Shown one piece after another: positions 13,085 to 24,790 of a stretch of DNA of 64,000 bases. Positions within the stretch are counted from its first letter, which is position 1, and the number at the start of each line of letters is the position of its first letter. The position numbers and the translations under genes are program-made. Source of the stretch: Octopus bimaculoides (lineage: Eukaryota); the NCBI RefSeq assembly GCF_001194135.2, contig NC_068990.1, positions 63,507,926 through 63,571,925 of the forward strand, written 5' to 3'. Under the pieces are notes generated by a model. The model saw only the letters and a program-made list of their open reading frames with translations, had not been told where the DNA came from and did not search any database.

Positions 13085-13346
13085 TGCGTTAGTTCCTCCT
13101 CCGGAATTGTTGGCCTTATAGCAAAATTCGAAACCAATACTTTAAGCCAAGTTAAGGCGGCGAGCTGGCAGAATCGTTAGCACGCCGGTCGTAGTTCTTA
13201 GCAACATTTCATCTGTATTTGCGCCAGGATCAATATTGAATTTTATCCTTCTAGGGTCGAGCGTTGGGGTTGTTGTGGTCGAATTTCCCCCTCCCCCGAA
13301 GTTACTGGCCTTGTGCTAAAATTTGGAACCAATATTTTAAGCTAAG
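13085..13346 (+). mobile_element. SINE family 1 3' fragment followed by an internally deleted copy (13153-13331) with a 15-bp TSD
   Basis: TSD-like atactttaagccaag (13137-13151) / atattttaagctaag (13332-13346). The upstream copy of this motif directly follows another SINE tail (gcaaaattcgaaacca). Confidence 0.8.
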
Positions 13347-13445
13347 GTCTTCACTATTATATTTTATTTCTCCCACCAAAACAAATATCAAAAGGACTTG
13401 CTAATGTTGCGCTTTGAATCTATCTTCGCTATCTTACTAACACAG

Positions 13446-13475
13446 AAAATATAAAGTTATACATTGGAAACCATA
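13446..13475 (+). CDS. Putative micro-exon: start of an SRCR domain, (E)NIKLYIGNH
   Basis: Acceptor tatcttcgctatctTACTAACacAG has a consensus branch point; donor cata|gtaacc (alternative aac|gttagt). Joined to 14848 it gives IKLYIGNHKSESGFVQI, resembling the SRCR start VRLVGG....SGRVEV. Inference only. Confidence 0.35.
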
Positions 13476-13623
13476 GTAACCAAAATAACCAAAATATCAC
13501 GTTAAACGTTAGTAAAGCATAGCTTTACTGCTATTATTTTTGAAAGTTCATGAGCTAACTAATGTACTGTGATCACTCTGTTTCCACAAATACACAGACA
13601 CACTCACAAACACATACATACAT

Positions 13624-13663
<40 letters not shown>

Positions 13664-13740
13664 CACACACACACACTTTAAAGTTTGCTTTATGTTTAGT
13701 TTTAATGACTTCAAATTTTGGTTCAAGGCCAGCACTTTTG

Positions 13741-14130
13741 NNNNNNNNNNNNNNNNNNNNNNNNNNNNNNNNNNNNNNNNNNNNNNNNNNNNNNNNNNNN
13801 NNNNNNNNNNNNNNNNNNNNNNNNNNNNNNNNNNNNNNNNNNNNNNNNNNNNNNNNNNNNNNNNNNNNNNNNNNNNNNNNNNNNNNNNNNNNNNNNNNNN
13901 NNNNNNNNNNNNNNNNNNNNNNNNNNNNNNNNNNNNNNNNNNNNNNNNNNNNNNNNNNNNNNNNNNNNNNNNNNNNNNNNNNNNNNNNNNNNNNNNNNNN
14001 NNNNNNNNNNNNNNNNNNNNNNNNNNNNNNNNNNNNNNNNNNNNNNNNNNNNNNNNNNNNNNNNNNNNNNNNNNNNNNNNNNNNNNNNNNNNNNNNNNNN
14101 NNNNNNNNNNNNNNNNNNNNNNNNNNNNNN
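13741..14130. other. Assembly gap; others at 3997-4054, 25475-25880, 28532-28541, 30098-30125, 34117-34210, 42550-42633 and 58256-58553
   Basis: N runs, mostly flanked by (TA)n or (TCTA)n. ORFs spanning them are artefacts. Confidence 1.
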
Positions 14131-14212
14131 GTGTTAACAACAAGATGAGGACAAATATCCGTCAAATGTAAAAAGTGTACATAATTCCTCATCTCTTAAA
14201 TATAGAACTGTA
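14131..14212 (+). mobile_element. Repeat end, probably a PLE pseudo-LTR, abutting an assembly gap
   Basis: 14181-14208 is the exact reverse complement of the 28 bp at 39323-39350, which form part of a TSD-flanked insertion. Confidence 0.55.
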
Positions 14213-14268
14213 CAAAATTTATTATTCTTTACGAATTATATTAACCGTGACTCCGAAGTTTCCGCTAG

Positions 14269-14312
<44 letters not shown>

Positions 14313-14603
14313 GTTTCAGTCCTCTTTATTCTTTTATTAGTTTCAGCCATGTGGCAGCGGTCCTGCTGGGGTACCACCGTGATTTAGTACCATTACTCAT
14401 GATTCTCCTTTGGCTGATTTCATCAGGGTGGCGGTGTTTCACATCACCGCTTCTGTATATGACGCACATGGTAATTCTTGAGGATGGATAAGGACTGACT
14501 GGCCTATGTAAGTTCTGAGGTGCGGGTTATTTTATGTTGATGCACGATGTCGCTTAGTCGAGCATGCATAATTGCCTGCATCTTCAAATTTGCAAACTAA
14601 AAT

Positions 14604-14664
14604 ATCATACTGATGACGGAAATGAAGGTTTTTTACTATTCTGATCCAGAAACGCGTCTATGAT
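14604..14664 (+). ncRNA. Minimal type I hammerhead ribozyme motif (PLE/retrozyme type)
   Basis: Stem I atcata(14604-09)/tatgat(14659-64); core CTGATGA (14610-16); stem II gga..tcc with a C.A mismatch at its base; GAAA (14649-52); palindromic stem III acgcgt; GTC cleavage triplet (14656-58). Confidence 0.7.
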
Positions 14665-14847
14665 TAACTAAGACTGGTTAGTTTCGTTGTTTTTCTTCTT
14701 GTTTTTCCTTTGTGAGTTACAAGTATTGCTATCTGTTGGAGTTTTAGCACTTTAGCTGCTATTTCTGAACTTCGGTATGTGGTGAAGCAACTGTTGCTGA
14801 TCCCTTAATTATGTATATATATTCGAGTTTATGTTGTCCATGTTCAG

Positions 14848-14906
14848 AGAGTGAGAGTGGATTTGTGCAAATCCTTCCCCACTATAAAAAAAATTATTAT
14901 GCTCAG
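14848..14906 (+). CDS. Putative exon, SRCR N-terminal part (SESGFVQILPHYKKNYYAQ)
   Basis: Acceptor ttgtccatgttcag|; phase-0 donor cag|gtatca (alternative ttc|gtatgt ~55 nt downstream). SGFVQI resembles SGRVEI. The 3' boundary is uncertain. Confidence 0.35.
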
Positions 14907-15118
14907 GTATCACTTGATAAAAAAGAAGAACTATCGCAAAAATGGCTGGTCGTAGCCTTCGTATGTGTGGGGCTTTTGATTAGGTGATAGCAATACTTAA
15001 ACACGAGTTAGCAGCCATTATGTATGGCGCCGCCATACTCTAGTAACGCAGCTCTCGAACTGAAACTAGTAAAAGAATAAAAGGTGTATATATATATATA
15101 TATATAATTATATATATA

Positions 15119-15157
<39 letters not shown>

Positions 15158-15658
15158 GTGCGTGCATGTTTATGTATATATATATACATTGATATATAGT
15201 TGTTGTTTAAGAAATCAAAATAATCCACTGCAAGTTAGATTTTTGTTATTTTTACGTCATTAAGTGCTGTAAGTTATGGTGTTAAAGATGTTAAGAAAAT
15301 ATAGGAAACTGTGTTTTCACAATCGTAGAATCAATTTCTGTGGTACCATTTCACGTGGGGAGGGGGGAGTCTTACGTTAAATAATGTTTAATTGTCAATT
15401 TTCGATTATTTTATAATGTATTCAACATTACATTGAAGAATACATGAGAAATATTTCGAGTACATATTATACGTTAGACTCACGCATTATATATTTATCC
15501 ATGCCAATATATATATCTATGCTTTTAATATGAGAAGAACGGTTTGTAAATCAGTCAAAAATTTGCAATTATCCTAAAAGTATGACTTTCTGATATAGAA
15601 CTGAATTTCGAGATATTTACGTAAATAATCTGATGGATTTTGTTGATGATATTTTCAG

Positions 15659-15815
15659 GTAGTATGGCTATTCAAAAATAATGATGCCTATGCAGTTACC
15701 TGCCACGCAAGTACAACGTCTTTGACACAATGCGAAAATTGTTTGATGCCAACTGGGAGAAAATGTTCATGTGATAATCGCTACGCTCATGCTGGCTTCT
15801 TATGCTCAAACAAAG
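15659..15815 (+). CDS. Internal coding exon: C-terminal half of a scavenger receptor cysteine-rich (SRCR) domain
   Basis: Acceptor attttcag| and donor aaag|gtgggt; phases 0 to 1. It translates to VVWLFKNNDAYAVTCHASTTSLTQCENCLMPTGRKCSCDNRYAHAGFLCSNK, matching the SRCR pattern WL..V.C-x6-L-x2-C...AG(V/F)xCS with exact C-x6-L-x2-C spacing. Confidence 0.7.
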
Positions 15816-18399
15816 GTGGGTAACATTTTAGTGTTATTCACATCATATGTAGATGATGTGAAACACTGTTTCGATCAAAATATATTCATTGACGTCATTA
15901 GAAGCCTAGCTTTTGCAACAAAATATATGAAAATTTACAAAACGGAAATTAGCAGAAATAAAATTTTCAATCTCGTGACAATCGAAGTTTCTTGATCGGA
16001 AACGGACGGCTAAAAAATAATCATTTACAGAAAATAATTTCATTAGTTTGTATCAATTGGGAGAAAACATAACCTGTACTTTTCCTCATTCTCTTTATTT
16101 TGTGTTGATCAATCTACATAAAAAGTAGGTTTTAAACATTTCAATAGAAATAGAATTAAAATTCAATGAATTTTCAAAGAGAACGATATTGTTTTTGTTA
16201 ATATACAGGTTTCAATAAGCCTACTAAGTCTTTGTAAAATTGAAATAGCGTGAATAATTTTGAAAAGAGCTTTACTGTTTCTTTCGTTTTTTTAGGGCAT
16301 TTTCAAAAGTTGGTGGAAATTACTGCATTAAATTCGACGTTTTCGCTTTCGTTGGAATCGCGAATATTTGGAATATATTTAGGTAAGTGTATTAATACCG
16401 TGTCCGCAAATACGAATGCATCGAAATAAAACAGGCTCTAGGTAATTGCCTACGTGACAAGTTTAAATATTTTGCAGCGATTTTCCGAATTCATTTTTAT
16501 GTAGAAACATGATGCGATTTTCCAAAAATCGTCAAAACCTTAGGCAATTTTTCAAAAATTGTAGAAAGCAAATCTGTTTTATAGACAGCACCCGCCACTT
16601 TAACAAGTTAATAACATTAAAGAAGAATTTGTTTTATGGGGAGAATTTCTTCATTTTAAAATAATTCATAATTTTAAGGACGGTGTATACCAGTTTGCGT
16701 TTAATGATTTTTTTTTTTTTATAAAATTCATAAAATACATCTAATCTCAAAAAAGCATAGAATATAACTGGAGTTGCTCGAAACACTTCTTGAGAAACGA
16801 TGTAAAATATAAACAGTCTAAAGTTATATTTGCCAATACCTACATTATTCATAACGCTATGCGGCTAATGACGTTTTATTTGTGTAAAATAACGATACCT
16901 AGCATGTCTGCTGCCGATTACTGAGATAAATAAGCTTAGTGAGACCAATAATTTCATGTACTTTGAGGCTGTCTTCTGATTTTCACACTCACTGATGTAA
17001 TGAAACAAAGCCAGAAATGTCGCAGGTGATCTAATTGTTGACCTATCATTAATATTTATGTTTCTCAATAAGATAGATGAAATTATCAAGTGCTTCAACG
17101 TCTCTTACAGAAATCATTAATTTTGATATTGCTAACTTGTAGACGGTAACATTTATAGAGAAATCAAAGTCATGAGATGGTGTAAATTAATGAATCTGAA
17201 TGTATGCGTGATAAACTTCCTGCGTGTTCGAGTGTTCATTACCTCATCGAAACGCTGTCACTGGAGTCTTAAATTTATCCAAACAACAAAACATAAATCC
17301 CAGTAATTCAATCTGAAACAATAAAAAAGCGATCCTTCTTCTTATTTCTAAATTAATATTGAGATCAAGAAAATGTTTGCAACTGAGTGATATAGGGATT
17401 CTTGCTTTGACCCAACTGGTGAAGTAGAGTAGTATAGAAGCTAAGTGCTGATAATCGAAAAGCTGTGACAGAACTCATGCCTGCATTTTGGATGGAGAGG
17501 GTTTGCCGTCTCTCAAAAAGCCGAGTGAATACAGTGGAAAACCATCACTAATACAACCACCACGTCCATTAACACCACCATCGTTTCAAAGGTGCATCCG
17601 TTTTTCTTACCGATCGAAATATGAACAAGTTTCATAGGAAAGTTGATGCAACATCAAAAATTAAAATTACAGAAAACATGGCATTCAATTACACGAAAAT
17701 ATTTTACTAGGCTGTAAAACAAAAAAAAAAAGAAAGAAAGAGAGTTCCGGATGGAAACTCGTAGTGGAAGCTTTAGTGGAGAAAAGTGCATACACAGTAG
17801 TCTACCGATGGGTTAATATAGAAACACGGGAAATAGAGTTATTCACACTTGCACAGGTAGAAAAATGATTGCAATTTGTGTGAAAACAGAAGCCAAAGCT
17901 CAACCGCGTGGAAAAGAATTTGATGGGTGTAAGATTGGCCTGGTTAGAAAAGGATTAGATCACTTGGTGTAATGTAGGTATTTCATCGTTTAAAATTCGG
18001 AGCTAAAATATTGCACGGTTGCTCTAAGGGCAAACGGCAGAAACAGAACAACAACAATACCAACAGTAGCAACAATGACAGCAAAAGCTATAGCGCAAGA
18101 AGCAGTGAAAACACAGCACATTATATTACTTTCGCTATGATTAACTCCGTTTTCAACTTCGCTTCACTTGACAGATTGCATGAACATTTACAAAAGGCAG
18201 GGTAACTCATGAACAGAGAAGAACTTAGAAAAGTTATATCCAATATGCCACATCTGTTAGACCAAACACAAAGGAAAATAATTCTATATAAATGCTTCTC
18301 AAAGAAAATAAAGCGGAACACAAATTAGATCTTCAGACCAACCTGAATTCTGTTTAAAAAACATTTGGCTAAGCACTAATTTTGTGGAACATGGTCATA

Positions 18400-18554
18400 A
18401 ATTCGGATACATCATTTCCGTGTCAAGTATTTATTCCGAACCGAGCATTTGCGTTTCAGAATAAACTCTTTATGCACTGATGCAGTCAGCTGGGCTTGCT
18501 TCAAGTGCCCGAAGAGCAATGAAGCATGTTCTACATGTACTAGTAGCACTAAGC
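18400..18554 (+). mobile_element. Tx1/L1-like LINE ORF2 C-terminus, 5' piece (interrupted by MULE)
   Basis: RAFAFQNKLFMH*, then ACFKCPKSNEA, then (frameshift) VLHVLV: a decayed C-x2-C...H zinc knuckle that continues after the MULE. Confidence 0.65.
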
Positions 18555-20453
18555 GGTGTCCAGTCAATTCGTCCCCAGGTTAATTTGTCAAGATCATATG
18601 TAAAATGAAAGAACGGGCATCTGAAATAAATTTTAAAAAAAATTATTCTAGGGTTTGCTGTATTACATATTTATTTTTTCTTAAAATTTAAGATTGTGTA
18701 TAACTGCCTTTAGAAAAATTATGTTTTGGCTTGGATCATATTTTTCCATGAAATTTTCTATACGCAGGTTCATATCTCTGTATTTTTTTTTTCTTTTGGC
18801 TTGGTGCTTCTACTTGCATAAACTTCTGCAATTTGGTACTGGCAAACCTTTCCTCACATTAATCACATCAATAAGTTTCCAAATATTTGGATGACTAATA
18901 TTCACTGTTTTTCAGAGCGCTGTAGTAAGCATCTAAACTATTTGTAGTACGAGCAACCCCCGTCATACATCGATACAAAACATTCCATATAGGTAATGGA
19001 AATGAGGTTCAAGGCGTCGCCTCCTCTGTCCTCTTCCTCCAGGTGGTCCTATGTAACTATTTTCAAAATAGGAAACAAGCGACTGTGGAATATCATCATC
19101 ATCTACAAGTTGTTCATATCCATCTACAACATCATCAACTGGCAGGAAGGCAAGGGCAACAAAACACCGCACTTTTAGACTAAAGCTGTCATCTTCGTGA
19201 TATGTGCATTTTAGTCCTTCTTACACAACATACTTGTACACATTTTGTCCTAAATGAAACAAGCAACATGCCAAATTCGACCCAGGAAACGATTGCAGAA
19301 ATCCATTATAGACTGCTTTTTCGAAATCCATAATTATATTATCAGGTCCCTCATTTTGCAGTAATTCATTTGTTTTAGCCAAAAGTCTATATACATGTCT
19401 TGACATTGGTCAGAGAGCAATACGCACAATCGTGGGGCATTAAAATTATTGAATTTGAATGTGAAATATATATAACTAAAGAAATATACTTGTTCAGCAC
19501 TTAAATGTTCCATCTGCCGCCCAGTTCTTGTGCTGGTTTAACGGTCGAAGTGCTTCGTCACTTGCAAATATTAGTATTCGTTTTGAATCTTCCATCCCGC
19601 TGTCATACTGTAAAAACGGTTTATCATTGTCATGGTAGGAGTACTCACTTGGAATGGAAAACCCAACATTTGTAAGTGTGGTGGCTGGACAGTTGAAATA
19701 AACTTGCCTCCAGCATCTAATATTCCTATGAAGCTGTGCAAACGGAGGTATTTGCGATAATGTACAGTTCTTTAAATTCTGAACTTCACTAGCGATAATT
19801 GAGCGAGGGGCATCACGAAATGAAATAGACTTTACTTGAATATTTGAAACTATTATCCTTGCATTTATCTTTGCAGCAGCTGAAGCGTGATTATGAATCC
19901 CAATCTTCTCAAACTCTTTATAATTTTCATCTGTATGAAGTCTTGCTTTGCACACACGATTTTCGCATTTCCAGTATATCTTCAATCCATCTGCATTCTA
20001 CTAATATTTTTGTGTATATATAATTTTCTTGATCGTCCACTTTGATTTTTTTCCTTTCTCTGAAGTTATGATCTTGCAGTTAATCATGTTGATGGGTAGG
20101 CGTACAGAATAAATTCAATTCGATTTGCTTGGAAATCTTTGTTCGTAAACTGTTCAGCGCAGATACTTAACAAAGAGAGAAAGAGAGAGGGAGAGGGAGA
20201 CAGAGACAGAGGGGGAGAAAGAGAGAGAGAGAGGTAGGGTTAAAGAAAGGAAAAAGAATATCCAAAACTGCCCAACGACAATTTTAATTCTAAAGTGATT
20301 GTTCTAAACTTTCCCTCGAAAATCATATTTAAGAGTTTTTAGGGACGAATTGGCCAGCGACGAATTGACCTGGGGATGAATTGATTAACGACGAATTGAC
20401 TGGGGTCAAATTAACCAACAACGAAATAACCAGGAACAAATTGTCCTAGCACC
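18555..20453 (-). mobile_element. Mutator-like (MULE) DNA transposon, transposase pseudogene
   Basis: 9-bp TSD gcactaagc (18546-18554) / gtactaagc (20454-20462). Termini ggtgtccagtcaattcgtcc / rc ggtgctaggacaatttgttcc, with acgaattg subterminal repeats. Minus-strand ORFs contain YWKCENRVCKARLHT (FLYWCH-like), DGTFK, DFEKAV..FPG...CLFHLGQ and ALAFLP..YFENSYIG. Confidence 0.95.
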
Positions 20454-20462
20454 GTACTAAGC

Positions 20463-21010
20463 TTTGTTGCCATGTGGGATTATTATGTCTATGTTGCGAT
20501 TGGACCGGATCCGTCTAACATTTGTGTCCATTGTGAAGATCGCCTCGCTACCTTCCTTCTTTGACCGGGAAGAACAAGTAATTTCCATCTACCTGGTGAC
20601 TTTGGCAAAATAGATTAGGCAGTGGACAAGACTGAAAGGACAGGAGACTGGCACCTTCCTATTTGGCCAAGCCTTCATCAACTTTATAAAGTTTTACTTC
20701 AAAAGGAAAGTGAGAGTAGGGAATAAATTGCTGCCTCCCAGCAATTTTAATGAAAGGTGAATGAGAGGGGTGAGGATTATCCAAGTGAACGGACTTGTCC
20801 TGAGTGTGCACCTGTAGATTTGTGGGAGAAAGATGGGGAGACTTCACATGCCCTAGTGATCACGGTATCCATGGTATTTGGGTTTCCACGATCAGCCATC
20901 GGAAACCTCCCCCATCTTTGGGAGAATTACTTCTCGTTTGAATTGATACTTTGTTTGTTATTTCTCTGTTTACACGCTTTTATCGTCCTGCACAGTCTTC
21001 GATCTTTTTG
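20463..21010 (+). mobile_element. Tx1/L1-like LINE ORF2 C-terminus and 3' UTR, 3' piece
   Basis: Frame reads ...SIVKIASLPSF..LVTLAK*IRQWTRLKGQETGTFLFGQAFINFIKFYFKRKVRV..FNER*MRGVRIIQVNG..L*, typical of Tx1-type C-termini. The clade is assigned from memory. Confidence 0.7.
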
Positions 21011-21116
21011 AAACACTTCAGTACTTAATAGAAAAATCATCATCATCATCATCATCGTCATCATCGTCATCATCATCATCATCATCATCATCATCTCTAT
21101 TATTAATATTGTTGTA

Positions 21117-21803
21117 AAGGCGCGGAGTTGGCAGAATCGTTAGCACGCCGGGTGAAATAGTTAGTGGTATTTCGTCTGTCGCTACGTTCTGAGTTCAAAT
21201 TCCGCCGAGGTGGACTTTGCTTTTCATCCTTTCGGGGTCGATTAAATAAATACTAGTTACACACTGAGATCGATGTAGTTAGCTTCATCCTTCACCCAAA
21301 TTTCAGGCTTTGTGCCTATACTAGAATGGATTATTATTATTATTATTATTGTTGTAAGGCGGAAAGCTGGTGGAATCGTTAGCACACCGGCAAAATTCTT
21401 GGCGGAATTACATATGTCTTTACGTTCTCAGTTCAAATTCTGTCGAGGTCGACATTGCTTTTCAACCTTTCGGTGTAGATAAAATACCAGCTGAGTACTG
21501 GGTCGATGTAATCGACTTAACTTCTTCCCTAAAATTTCTGGCCGTGTGCCAAAATAAGAAACCATTATTGTCATTGTTGTAAGGCAGAAAGCTGGCAGAA
21601 AGCTGGCAGAATCGTTAGCAAGCTGGCGAAATTCTTAGCGGAATTGCATCCGTCTGTATGTTCTGAGTTCAAATTCCGCCGAGGTTGACTTTCGCTTTCA
21701 TCCTCTCGGAGTCGACAAAATAAGTACCAGTTGAGTACTAGGGTCGATTTAATCACTATCGTCATTCTTCAACATTTCAGGCCTTGTGTCTATAATAGAA
21801 AGG

Positions 21804-21806
<3 letters not shown>
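21117..21806 (+). mobile_element. Head-to-tail array of three family 1 SINEs (21117-21332 type A, 21356-21563 type B, 21581-21806 type A)
   Basis: Each has the head, B-box-like motif and central ctttcatcct..gtcga segment; each is preceded by attgttgtaa(a)gg. Confidence 0.92.
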
Positions 21807-21836
<30 letters not shown>

Positions 21837-21990
21837 GTTATTGTTGTTGTTGTAGTAATAGTTGTTCTTCTACAAAGAACTCTGCCATTACTATCACTCC
21901 CACCACCATCATCACAACTACCACAACAACAACTACAGCTGCTACAGCTACTACTACTACTACTACAACTACTACTACTACTACTACAAT
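21806..21990. repeat. (TTA/TTG)n and (ACT/ACC/ACA)n microsatellites
   Basis: Directly visible. Confidence 0.95.
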
Positions 21991-23934
21991 TAGATCAGTT
22001 ATTCATTCATATCTCTGTATTTAATGAAAAACATTAGCGAATATTCTCGAATTTTTCAATAAATTTCCGAATATTAATCTTGATAAAATCATCGGGGTCA
22101 AAAGAATTCGAAATTTCAGCAATACTAATTTGATAATCTTGTTCGATCGAGCAGAATTGTTTTCTCATTGAATAAGTCTAATCGTTTTCTTCGAGTATCT
22201 TTAGATTGGCTAAAATATATTCAAAAGATAAATATTCAGTTGGTTTCCAGTTTGTTTCTCTGATTTAACGAGGCATTTTGAATAAATTTAGGACAACTAT
22301 CAATATATTTAAAGTTTAAAAGATTTAGTTTTGATCAACTGCAATGAGGAAAATGTACAGGTAAAAACTTCTTCAATATTCTCCAATACATTAAGTAATG
22401 CTATTAATTTTAGTTACTCTTCATTTTATCATTTTTCGCCAAAACAAAAAAGATACCAATAATATATTTGAAATTTGTTCAGACGATTAAAATTTTTTTT
22501 ACGATAAATTTTAGTTCCAACCAATGATGGTAAAAATTTCTTTCGTGGAGAGCCATAAATTTAGGAGCAAGGATTTGCTGCCTCTATTAAACCCAAATAG
22601 TCGATCGGTACTTTTTTTTATCCAAATTTGAGAGGTGATAGTACATTTGATACCTATAAATTTGAAGCTGTGTTAAAACCGCCATTTTGTCCGAAGCACT
22701 AACGATTTTACCAACCCGTAATAACTGTTTCTAACTTAGATCAGAAATTTGAGATTAGTAGGGTGGAGTCAGTTTATTTTATCGAAATTCGTACTTGATT
22801 AGTACTTTCTTCCTTGAGAAGATGAATATATCTTCCGAGTGGATCCTCCGGAGATGGCCTCAGAATGAGGTTAGCTACGAATGAGGAAAAAAGCAGTGCT
22901 AGTTTAAATCACCGGTGGCCCTTTGACAAAGCCTTCCACCTCGAAAGCTTTTCGACGTGAACGAGACTTTTCCACCGGTCTCAAAGACCTCTGAAGTCAC
23001 TGGACTTAGCGTGTCGTTTATACGTTTAGTCTAAAGGAAAACGTCATTTTCGAGAGACGAAAAGCATCAGCGAAATGCCTCGTTCAGTCCAAGTCTGCCA
23101 GAATGTGCTTAGAATGAACATACACATCATTGTTTTGACTCGCTTTGTATGCTCGTAATAATTTAATATAAAGACATATCTTTATTAAAGCTAGCCTCTC
23201 TATTGAATATTTCCGACGAAATTAAAACCGTACGCACTTTAACAATTTCTTCTTGAGATGTAGAAAATACCTGTTATATAACGAACTGGATATTTAGTTT
23301 CAAAGGCAAATGTGATTTATTTCTTTTTACAGTTTATTGACTGGGTTCTGTCAACGAAATGTAATTCAAATTAGTTACATGCCAACATTAATTGCTGTTC
23401 TTCTTTCGAGATGACATTTATACATCGGAATTTCCTCTTATTTGCTCGACTTCAATTTTACTTGTCTTACGTTGCCTCTGAAGAAGATTGGCAATAAATT
23501 GGTAATTCTTACAGACATCTTGAATGGAAATTAAATTTTAGTTCGTTTTGTTTATTTGGTTCATCTTTAGTTTTATGCAAAGAATCATAATACTTGCAAG
23601 TGTTTTTGAAGCAGACGACAGCTCTTCCAGTAATAGTCATGTGAGAGTGCAAATGGGTTGAGTATTTCACTGAAATATTACCTAAATACAATTTGTGGCA
23701 ATCAGACAAGTTTATTAAATGTATGGGAAGAAATAAAGAGGGTCGCTGCTCAGCAGCTGAATGGCAGAGAGTGTGTGAGTGAGAATGAGAGGTTAATGAC
23801 ATTTACTTGTCTACCACGTAGTAAGTAAATAATAGACTATTGCATCTACGGTTTATATTTGCCGACATTGTGTCTCCTCTCTACTAAATTTTCATCTCTA
23901 GAACTAATCCATGATTTGGTTGTTTCTTCATATA

Positions 23935-23941
23935 TACATGC

Positions 23942-24040
<99 letters not shown>

Positions 24041-24157
24041 AAGACATACATGTATGCACATACACTTACATAAACACACGCACCCATATAAAGAGAGAGA
24101 GACAGACAGAGATAGATAGCTGGACAGACAGAAAGACAGGCAGACAGACAGACAAAC

Positions 24158-24195
<38 letters not shown>
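23935..24195. repeat. (TA)n, (GA)n and (TAGA)n microsatellites
   Basis: Directly visible. Confidence 0.97.
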
Positions 24196-24549
24196 GTGTA
24201 CATCCATGTTTGCATCGACTTGTTTGTGCAATTTTGCTAATATCTGTGTTGTATTCTTTTAAATCTGTTAGTCATTGTCTACACTTATACAGCGAAACAG
24301 CATCCAGTGGAAGTTTGGTTTATCAAAACCAGCCCAGCACTTTTCCTCAGTCAGGCATATATGTTATCACGCTACATTCCGTCAATTGTCCCGTTTCACA
24401 TGGCTGCGACCTTGGTTTAATTGACAATGTCGCGTCATGCACAAACACATATACAGCGACACGAAATTATACACATCTACATATATACATGCATGAACAT
24501 ATGTCCGTAAATGTGGATATTAACACACACACATAAAAACTCGCATACT

Positions 24550-24790
24550 TGTTTCAATTACTGGGACTGCTGCCACTCTGGGGCACTGCTATGAAAGTTT
24601 TAGGCAAACAACTCGCTATTTAACTTAAGTAGGGCTCTTGTTACATCGGTCCACCTTTTGTCGAGCTATTAAGTTATAGACTTAATTAAACCAACTTCAG
24701 TTGTCAAGCGGTGGGGGAAAAGTATAAAGAAACACGCTCACGCATACATGCCTGCATATACACACACGCACTCAGGCACAAACACACACA
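24550..24790 (-). mobile_element. Degenerate 3' half of SINE family 4
   Basis: cttgtttcaattactgggactgctgccactctggggcactgc...gttgtcaagcggtggggg is collinear with 43546-43720. Confidence 0.7.

Noticed and set aside
12719-13180. 153-aa ORF
   Set aside because: It overlaps SINE sequence at both ends and has no recognisable domain; the SRCR-like resemblance (ESKIGYMEIV in another frame) is too weak.
18470-18590. Cys-rich frame INSLCTDAVSWACFKCPKSNEAC... as a second SRCR exon
   Set aside because: It is better explained as the Tx1-like zinc knuckle split by the MULE; it continues into LINE sequence after the TSD.
23637-23820. Open frame with NTICG...RVAAQQL as an SRCR N-terminal half
   Set aside because: It lacks the second conserved Cys and the WG motif, has a poor acceptor, and several frames are open by chance here.
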